Source: the human T2T-CHM13v2.0 reference genome, Homo sapiens. Taken from it: a stretch of DNA of 64,000 nucleotides. The stretch lies in the NCBI RefSeq assembly GCF_009914755.1, contig NC_060943.1. The stretch is one strand, 5' to 3'. Each line of letters begins with the position of its first letter. Positions within the stretch are counted from its first letter, which is position 1. A program made the position numbers and the translations under genes. The notes under the pieces were generated by a model, which was not told the origin of the DNA, ran no database searches, and saw only the letters and a program-made list of their open reading frames with translations. Shown piece by piece: positions 38,382-64,000 of this stretch.

Positions 38382-39141
38382 TAAGGCAGGAGCTGAGAGT
38401 AGACATGGCTAGTAGGGTGCTCAGGAGGGCAGGAGGAGGGCTGTTTATGAGCCAGTGGTGGGAGAGAGTGTCATTCTAGTCTGAGAGGCTTTTTCCCTGT
38501 GGCTTCCAGCTCTGCCCTTTTCTTAAACACTCCTTCAGCCTCAGCTTGGCTTCAGTCCCACCAAGTGCAGTCTGACTCGTGGAGACATGAGAGATAGAGA
38601 GAGTGAGAGACCAGAGAGATCAGGAGACAGTGACTGAGAGGGACTTACAGGGAGATCAGGGAGAGAAGCAGAGAGAAGGAGAAAGCCCAGAGAGCATAAG
38701 AAATGAAGACCCAGAGACACCAAAGGAGGGAGAGACAGAGACACAGAGAGACAAAAAGATTCAGAGGCAGAGACTGTAGAGGCAGAAGCAAAGCAAGACA
38801 CAGAGCATTTCAGAGACCCACGGCAAGAGACAGGGAACAGCATGGAGAACTATGAAAAAATAGGCTTCCAGAGAAAGAGAAAACTCCAGCTCTGGAGGGA
38901 AAGGGACTTAGCCAGGGCCACTCGGCCCATCAGTGGCAGAAATGGACTTGAACCCAGAGAAAAAGAAACAAGTGCCCCAAATACCAAAGGAACCCAGCCC
39001 CCATCCCTGGCCCATCATTTTGCGACAGCCCCATGACTACCCCAAAACCAGGCCCAGGCTCCAACTGGCAAAGCAAAAAAAAAAAACAAAGAAAGAAAGA
39101 AAGCTTTGCCCCATCCCAGGAGGGCCCCCAGGCGCAGCCCC

Positions 39142-39172
39142 CTCCCACGGCACCTTTCCAGCTGGCTGTGAG
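39142..39172 (+). promoter_or_regulatory. CYP2F1 promoter lung-specific factor (LSF)-type element; TATA-less promoter
   Basis: CTCCCACGGCACCTTTCCAGCTGGCTGTGAG at about -182..-152 from the inferred TSS; matches my recollection of the lung-nuclear-protein binding region. Confidence 0.55.
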
Positions 39173-39323
39173 CCCTAGGGCCGCAGGAAAGGTATGGCAA
39201 GATGATGGGAGGGATTTAAAGTTCACAGCGAGAACAAGAAAAGTGGGGTTAAGGAGGAGGGTGTGGGCAGAAACAACTTAAGAACAACCTCTGCCCCACC
39301 ACCCCCCAAGCACACCCAGAGCT

Positions 39324-39368
39324 GCAGGCTCTAGCGCATCCCAGCCAGTGTCTCCTGCAGCTCAGCAG
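39324..39368 (+). other. CYP2F1: CYP2F1 untranslated exon 1 (start approximate)
   Basis: CAGCAG|gtaaag donor at 39368/39369; pairs with the acceptor at 41053 to give a 1685-nt intron. CYP2F1 is known to have a non-coding first exon ~1.7 kb upstream of the ATG. Confidence 0.75.
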
Positions 39369-39547
39369 GTAAAGGGCCCCGGTGAGGGAGGCAGAGAAGG
39401 AGGGGGTGTCTCCCAAGAGAGGGTGGGTCGCCAGCTCCAATCTCTGTCTCTGAGACTGGCTAGGAATCTTTTTTGCTGTTTCCTCTGAGAGCTCTCATGT
39501 CCCTGTTCTGAGCACTGGGATTTCTTTACTGGTGCTTCACCAAGTAG

Positions 39548-39769
<222 letters not shown>

Positions 39770-39808
39770 TGAGTAGCTGGGATTACAGGTGCCTAACACC
39801 ACGCCTGA

Positions 39809-39997
<189 letters not shown>

Positions 39998-40404
39998 TAA
40001 TATTCCCTGCCTCTCTTATTCTCTCTCTCTCTCTCTCCATCTCTGTCTATGTGACTCTGTCTTTGTGTATCTGTTTCTGTCTGTCATTCTCGTCTCCCTC
40101 AGTCTCTGTGTCTAGCTCTGTCTCTCCCTCTCTCTGTCCCTCTTACCCTTTTTCTCTCCATCCTTCCATGTCCCTCTCTGTCTCTCAGTCAGTGTCCATC
40201 TCACTGTCTCTCCACTCAATCTCCCTTGTCTTTCTCTAGCTCTGTGTCTGTCTAGTTCTGTCTCTTTCTTTCTCTAGTCTATGTCAGCCTCTCTCTTTCT
40301 GTGATGTGCTCTCTGGCTCTCCCTATCTCTGTGTTTGTCTGTCTCTGTCCCTGTGTGTCTTGATCTCTCTTTATCACTGTCTCTGTATGACAGTCTCTTG
40401 ACAG

Positions 40405-40740
40405 ACAGGTGATGATAGATAGATAATAGACAGATGATACACAGATGATAGATTATGAAGATAGTAGATAGATGATAGATATAGATAGATAATAGATGAT
40501 AGATAATAGACAGATCAATGATAGATGATAGAAGAATAGATAGATGATGGATAGACAGATGATAGATGATAGATAGATAGATAGATGATAGATAGATGTT
40601 GATAGATGTTAGATAATAGATGAGAAACAAAGAAAGAAAGAAAAAGAAAAAAGAAAGAAAGAAAAAGAAAGGAAGGAAGGAAGGAAAGAAAGAGTGATAG
40701 ATGATAGATGGCTGATAGGTAGACAGACATCTGTAGATAT
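40405..40740. repeat. Degenerate (GATA)n/(GAAA)n/(GGAA)n compound STR in CYP2F1 intron 1
   Basis: gatagatagatgatagata runs. Confidence 0.9.
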
Positions 40741-41064
40741 GTAGATCGCTCACTGTTTTTCTGTCTCTCTCATTATCTTTATGCATATCTCTTGGCCTCT
40801 CTTAGTCTCTGTTCCTCTATCACTTGCCTCTCTCCATTTATGTCTCTGTGTTTCTGTCTCCTTATCTGTCTATATGTTGACTATCTCTGCCTCTTTCCTC
40901 CTTTCTCCCTCCCTTCCCCATCCCCTGGCCTCTCCCTGTCTCCTTCTCTCCATCTGCCTTCATTTCCAGGGCCTAGGGAAGGTAAGTCCCAGGGGAGATG
41001 GAAAGGAGGGATCAGCGATGTCCTCTCCCACTTTGCCCTCCACACGCCAGCAGCTGCCTTCACC

Positions 41065-52964
<11,900 letters not shown>

Positions 52965-53262
52965 CGCCCCGGCCCTTCCAGATTCGCCTGTGAGCGATGA
53001 GGCCCGCCCATGCGGGTTGCTACGTCCCCTTCTTGGTCCACAGTCTGCCCTCATCCCTCTGGCAGTCACGCTGTCTTCCCTGCATGCTGTGCCTGCCGCG
53101 TGCCCTTCCCCCATCCCTCCAATCTGTGCCCCGTCTGCAGGGCAGAGGCAGATGTGGCATGTCTTTTTGTACCCACAGAGCTTGTTCTATGGCACGCCCT
53201 TTTCTAGGCTTTTTGTATCATTTCTTAGTACATTGTAATAGATTCAAACCAGTCTTGGCTGA

Positions 53263-53268
53263 ATTAAA
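53263..53268 (+). terminator. Candidate CYP2F1 polyadenylation signal (ATTAAA)
   Basis: First AWTAAA hexamer I could see after the stop codon, ~300 nt downstream. Confidence 0.4.
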
Positions 53269-53461
53269 GTGAGAATGAGAGTCATTTAGGATGGGGAGAA
53301 GGGAGCTGGCTGCAGAGATGGAGACACTGGCTAGTTTTGCCCTCACCTTTAGGGTGGCTAGGGTGGGACAAATTGTATCCTGGAGACAGGCTTGAAGGTA
53401 AAGGCTGCGAGGACCTGAAGCCAGAGAGGCAGAGAAACCAAGACAGAGAAAAAGGCAGCAG

Positions 53462-59146
<5,685 letters not shown>

Positions 59147-59579
59147 GAAGGAGAAGAAGGAGAAGAAGAAGGAAGAAGAAGAAGAAGAAGTGTATTTGAG
59201 AGTCGGTGTGTATTTAGGAATCAGAGGTACAGGGTACAGCGTTCAGGGGGCCCAGAGATGGCCCGGAGATTGAGGAATACACACCTACAGGCCAAATAAA
59301 TTGGACTCAAAGGTGCTAGGGGCTCAGGAGGGTGCACCTGTTGGCCAGGTGTGTTGACATGAAAATGCTGGTGTACGAAAGATGTTAAGTGGGGCAGGCT
59401 GAGGCAGGCACAAAAAAAAAAGCCAGGAGGAGCCAGGGCACAGTTCCACCAGGGCTGGGGGTGGGCTGGAGACGTCGGGCTGGGGAATCCATGGAATGAG
59501 CAGCCCTGAGATGCCCACTCCTCCCACATCGGGTCTCTGCCCCTGCTCCACCCAAGACCCCTTGGAAATCAAATAGAGG

Positions 59580-61060
59580 TGCAGGCGTGGAGAATTGCAG
59601 GCATGATGATCGCGGGTATCGCTGCGCTGCTGTTGTGGCTTCTGGTGCTGGTGCCGGCGTGGTGGGGGTAGGGTGGGTGCCGCGCTCAGATGCGGGGGTC
59701 CCTACCTCCCCGGCCCAGGCTGCTCCCATTGCTGGGGAACTTGCAGCTGCAGTCCGGAGGCCTGGACCGCGCGCTCCATTCCCGACAGGAATGGGGGAAC
59801 GGAATTCTGGATTCGTGGAGGTGGGGCTGGGGACTAGAACTCCTCCTGAACGAAGACAGCTGAGGGCTTGTACTCTATGATCTTGAGGAAGGACAGGAAG
59901 GATGAGTGCTCCGGACTGCTGAGTACTAGGAAAGGAGAATAGGGAGTGGAGAGCCTGGGGCCGGGACACTGGGTCGTAAGGAAGGAGCCCAGAGCAGGAA
60001 ATCAGGTTGTGGGAAGAGGGGAGCAGGGGGTCTGTTCTCCTGGTTCAGGGTGGGGAGGTACTGAGGGCCCAGGAGACACTCTGAGGGTACAGGAGGTTGG
60101 GAATCTGGACTTCTAGGTCCCAAGGGAAGAAGGAAGTGGGGGCCTGGACTCCCGCATCTCAGGGAGGAAGGAGCTGGGGATCTGAATTCCTGGACCTGAG
60201 GAATGAGGGTCTGAGACGAGGACTCCTGGGTCTGAAGGAAGAGGGAGCTGGGGGCAATGGCTCCGATGAGGAACCCTATGGGCACCCGCTGAGCACCGGC
60301 TACCCGTAGCTCTCCGGCCGCTGGGGCCGGGTGTTCACAGTGCGGCTGGGCCCGCGCCCTGCGGTGGTGCTGTGCGGCTACGCAGCGCTGCGGGACGCGT
60401 TAGTGCTACAGGCGGATGCGGTCTCCGGCCGCGGGTCCATGGCAGTCTTCGAACGCTTCACACGCGGAAACAGTGAGGCCCCGGCGCTGGACTTGCCGGT
60501 CCGGACGCTCCAGGCTGGGCGGGTAAATGGTAGAGGCGGGCAAATGGGGGCGGGGCCTAATAGAGACTCCAGCTAATGAGGTGCAAACGGCCGAGAGAGG
60601 GCGGGGCGGCGCTAAAGCGTAAGGTTAGAATGGAGGTTCATCCTGCAGCCAACAGGAGAAAAGAGCCTAAGATTCAAAGTCCCAGAGCCAGCCTAGGTCA
60701 GGGATGGAGCCCAGCAAAGGCGGGGCCAATGTGTGGATAGGGCACTTGGAGGTCTGGTAAGGCAGCAAAACGAACGAAGCCGGCCGCAGGAGTCGGAGGC
60801 CCCGAAAGGGATGTAGCCAGTGACCCGGCGCTTCCTGGATAGGGCGTGGCCGGCTCCCGGGCCCGCCTCCTTTCCCGTCCCCACCACAGGAATCTTGTTT
60901 TCTAACCGGCCGTGCTGGTGGACACTGCGCAATTTTGCACTTGGAGCGCCGAAGAAGTTCGGGTTGGATACGCGGACCATCGAGGCGCGTGTCCTGGATG
61001 AGGCGGCTTGTCTGCTAGACGAATTTCAAGCCACCATTGCTTCGGCCTGGCCGGGAGGGC
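59580..61060. promoter_or_regulatory. CpG-rich region with GC boxes over CYP2T pseudogene exons 1-3
   Basis: Dense CpG (especially 60290-60620 and 60770-61010); GGGGCGGGGC at 60547-60556. Confidence 0.6.
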
Positions 61061-62225
61061 GAAAGGGCCTGGTGTGGGAGTGGCCCTTGCACTGCCAAGA
61101 TGGGGCCACGGGAAAGTATTTGGGTGGAAGAAAGCCAGTAAGCCCATGGGGCTGGCTGGGGGCAGGACCACGCGTTATGACCACCGTCCTGTTCCTACCC
61201 CCAGGGGCCCCGTTTGACCCCGTGCGGCTACTGGGTAATGCTGTATCCAGTGTTACCTGTTCTTGTCTTCGGGAACCGCTATGGCTACGGGGACCCGGAG
61301 TTCCTGAGGTCCTGAACCTCCTAAGTGACAACTTCCGCATCATGAGTTCCAAATGGGGCGAGGTGAGAGGGCCGGCCACAATCTCTCCCTTGTGCGTCCA
61401 GCCTTATGCCAAATCCCGAGTACACAGACGTACCTACAATGGGACAGTTAGATTCTTGGAAGAGTTCTAGAACCTCCAATATCAAAGTCCCTGTAGGGAA
61501 ACTAAGGCCTAGTGGGCATGTCCAGGGCCCTTGTTGAGACCCTGTCTCTCCAGATGTACATTTGCCTGTCTCTCATGGACTGGCTCCCGGGCCCGCACCA
61601 CCAAATCTTCCAAAACTTTTCAGAGCTGCAGGTCTTCATCTCTGAGCAAATCCAACAACACTGGCACATGAGGCAGCCGGCGGAGCCCCGCGATTTCATC
61701 GATTGCTTGGCCAGATGGGTAAGGCATGGGTCCCAGCTCCCTAAACTCTATCCATGCCGCCCACCAACAGGTGCCTGGCGCGCGGCAGCCCATCTTCTCT
61801 GCCCACAGAAACAGCAAGACCCAGAGAGCCATTTCCAGGAGGAGACGTTGGTAATGACGATGCAACTTTTTTTTTTTTTTTTTTTGGTGGCACAGAAACC
61901 ACGAGCACCACCCTGTGCTCCATATGGGCTCCTCATTCTGCTTAAGTACCCAGAGGTGGCAGGTCTGCGAGCCAGAGAGACCCAGAATGGGAGGCTGCGG
62001 TTTGGAGATGGCTGGAGGGTCCCGGAAGTGCACAGCCTCCCTCCGCCCCAGCCAAGGGGCAGGAGCTGGACCCTGTGGTAGGGCAGAGGCCTGTCCCAAG
62101 CCCGGACGACCACGTGCAATGGCCCTACACCAACGCAGTGCTGCTGGAGATCCAGCGCTTCATCAGCGTGGTGCCGCGCACCCTCACCCTCGACACCCAC
62201 CTGCACAGCCACTGTCTGGCCAAAG
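59603..62225 (+). pseudogene. CYP2T3P: CYP2T-subfamily unprocessed pseudogene, exons 1-7 (~59603-59780, 60310-60472, 60890-61039, 61205-61362, 61554-61718, 61809-61962, 62052-62225); exons 8-9 not seen in window
   Basis: CYP2 exon homology ([58 protein letters not shown]). Lesions: TAG at codon 23 (59669-59671), lost exon 1 donor, exon 3 donor CT, frameshifts in exons 4 and 6. Symbol inferred from gene order 2A13-2F1-2T3P. Confidence 0.88.
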
Positions 62226-62373
62226 GTGCCCACTGAGTCTGGAGATCCTGTGTGGGGCCCCGATGCATGAGCGTATTCCGAGATCAGCCAGAATCGGCAG
62301 GTGTGCGCTGTGCAGACCCAAACACAATCAGTTACCCCTGGAGCAGGAAAGTAGACCCGCCTTCCCTTCAGCA

Positions 62374-63690
62374 TTTTTTTTTTTTTTTTGAGATGGCATG
62401 ATCTCGGCTCACTGCAACCTCCACCTCCCCAATACAAGTAATTCTCCTGCCTCAGCCTCCCTAGTAGCTGGGATAACAGGCACCCACCACCACGCCTGTC
62501 TAATTTTTGTATTTTTAGTAGAGACGGGGTTTCACCATGTTGGCCAGGCTGGTCTCAAACTCCTGACCTCAAGTGATCCATCCTTCTCGGCCTCCCAGAG
62601 TGCTGGGATTACAGGCGTGAGCTACCCACCCAGCCTATTCCCTTGGGCTTTTAAAAAGCCATTTCGGCCAGGCTGGTCCTGAACTCCTGCCCTCATGTCG
62701 GCCAGGCTGGTCCTGATCTTCCCACCTCGGTCTCCCAAAGTGCTGGGATTACAGGTGTGAGCCACCGTCCATGGCCCATGATGTTGTTTTGAAGACTCAG
62801 TGAGGACATGTGTGTACTAGACCTGGCACACAAGAGTTGGTCAAATACATTTACTGCTCCCCACCCTTCTAATAAACCAAATGCAGCTGTGGGATAGTAG
62901 GGGGAGGCACTGGGATAGCTAAGCAGGGAGGGGATCCTGGGGCTCCAGGGATGGGCAGAGACTCAGATGCTCAGATCTGGTATGGAGCCCCATGACTGAA
63001 CCCCACTGAGATTTTGGGTTCTTTAATACAACAGTGAACCTTTCAATGACCATGAAGGTGTCTCAGCCTCCTGAGTAGCTGGGATTACAGGCGCATGCCA
63101 CCATGCCTAGCTAATTTTTGTATTTTTAGTAGAGACGGGGTTTCACCGTGTTGGCCAGGCTGGTCTCGAACTCCTGACCTCAAGCAATCCACCCGCCTCG
63201 GCCTCCCAAAGTGCTGGGATTACAGGCATGAACCACCACACCTGGCCAAGACTCCAACTCTTAAACAAACAAAAAGACACTCATATTGGATTCAAGCCCA
63301 GCTAATGACCTCATCTTAGCTTGATCATCTGCAAAGACCCTTTCCCCAAATAATATCACATTCACAGGTCCTGGGGTTGAAGATTTCAATATCTTTTGGG
63401 AGCACAAAATTCAAAGTATAACAATGATGGAGATGTAGAGAAATGGACATGTTCCAAAGACATTTAGGAGGCAAAATCAATGACTCAGGGATGGGTTGCT
63501 TATGGCCAGTCGGGGAAAGAAATGTGTTGAGCATGAACCTGGAACAATGGAACAGATGGAAATTTTCTTAGTAGAGATGGGGTTTCACCATCTTGGCTAG
63601 GCTGGTCTCAAACTCCTGACCTCAAGTGATCAGCCTGCCTCAGCCTCCCAAAGTGCTGGGATTACAGGCATGAGCCAAACACTCCTGGCC
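62374..63690 (-). mobile_element. Antisense Alu fragments, plus an MLT1-like LTR fragment (~63275-63415)
   Basis: Alu consensus pieces; taatgacctcatctta...tctgcaaagaccct...cacattcacaggt is typical of MLT1. Confidence 0.7.
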
Positions 63691-64000
63691 TCAGATGGAA
63701 AATTTCCAAACACACACAGGGCTGGGGGCTGCTGTGGTCTTGCCAACTGCTCCAGGCATGCATGTTGGGGGCCACAGCATCCCTGTCCGTGGGGATGTCA
63801 TCCAGAACAGTCCCTGCCCCTGGAAAGGTGGAAACTGCAAGAGGCACCCCCATTACAGACTGAATCCAGGAACCTTACAACGAATATTTGAAACTTAAAA
63901 ATAGAGACTCTTAGCGCTGTGGGATCATAAACTTATAGAATAATAATGGTTAACATTTACAGAGCCCATCTAGATCTGAGCATTGCACTGTGCAATTTAC

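Noticed and set aside
62226-64000. Search for CYP2T exons 8-9 (PERF and heme motifs)
   Set aside because: No homologous sequence seen; the region is Alu/MLT1 fragments. The exons are deleted or outside the window.

Overview
Human (hominid) genomic DNA from the CYP2ABFGST cytochrome P450 cluster (19q13.2). Three CYP2 loci lie on the + strand. (1) CYP2A13 is intact, with 9 coding exons (CDS 13377-20830, 494 aa). (2) CYP2F1 is intact, with an untranslated first exon at ~39324-39368 and 9 coding exons (CDS 41065-52964, 491 aa). (3) A CYP2T pseudogene (CYP2T3P by gene order) shows exons 1-7 at 59603-62225. The rest is mostly retroelement sequence: an old antisense L1 (1-7630) interrupted by Alus and an MST LTR; a near full-length dead L1PA (23428-31068) carrying a 5'-truncated young SVA with a perfect 18-bp TSD; dozens of Alus; MIR, L2, MER20 and MLT1 fragments; and several STRs. 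Nearly all short ORFs in the track are repeat artefacts. I found no new biological system; this is a well-studied locus. The best second-look items are the non-acidic I-helix (GGTKT) of CYP2F1, an NFI-like motif shared by the two respiratory-tract P450 promoters, an open ORF0-like antisense frame in the L1 facing CYP2A13, the young SVA, templated repair scars in the L1, a degenerate ~45-bp E-box minisatellite in CYP2A13 intron 4, and the decay pattern of the CYP2T pseudogene.
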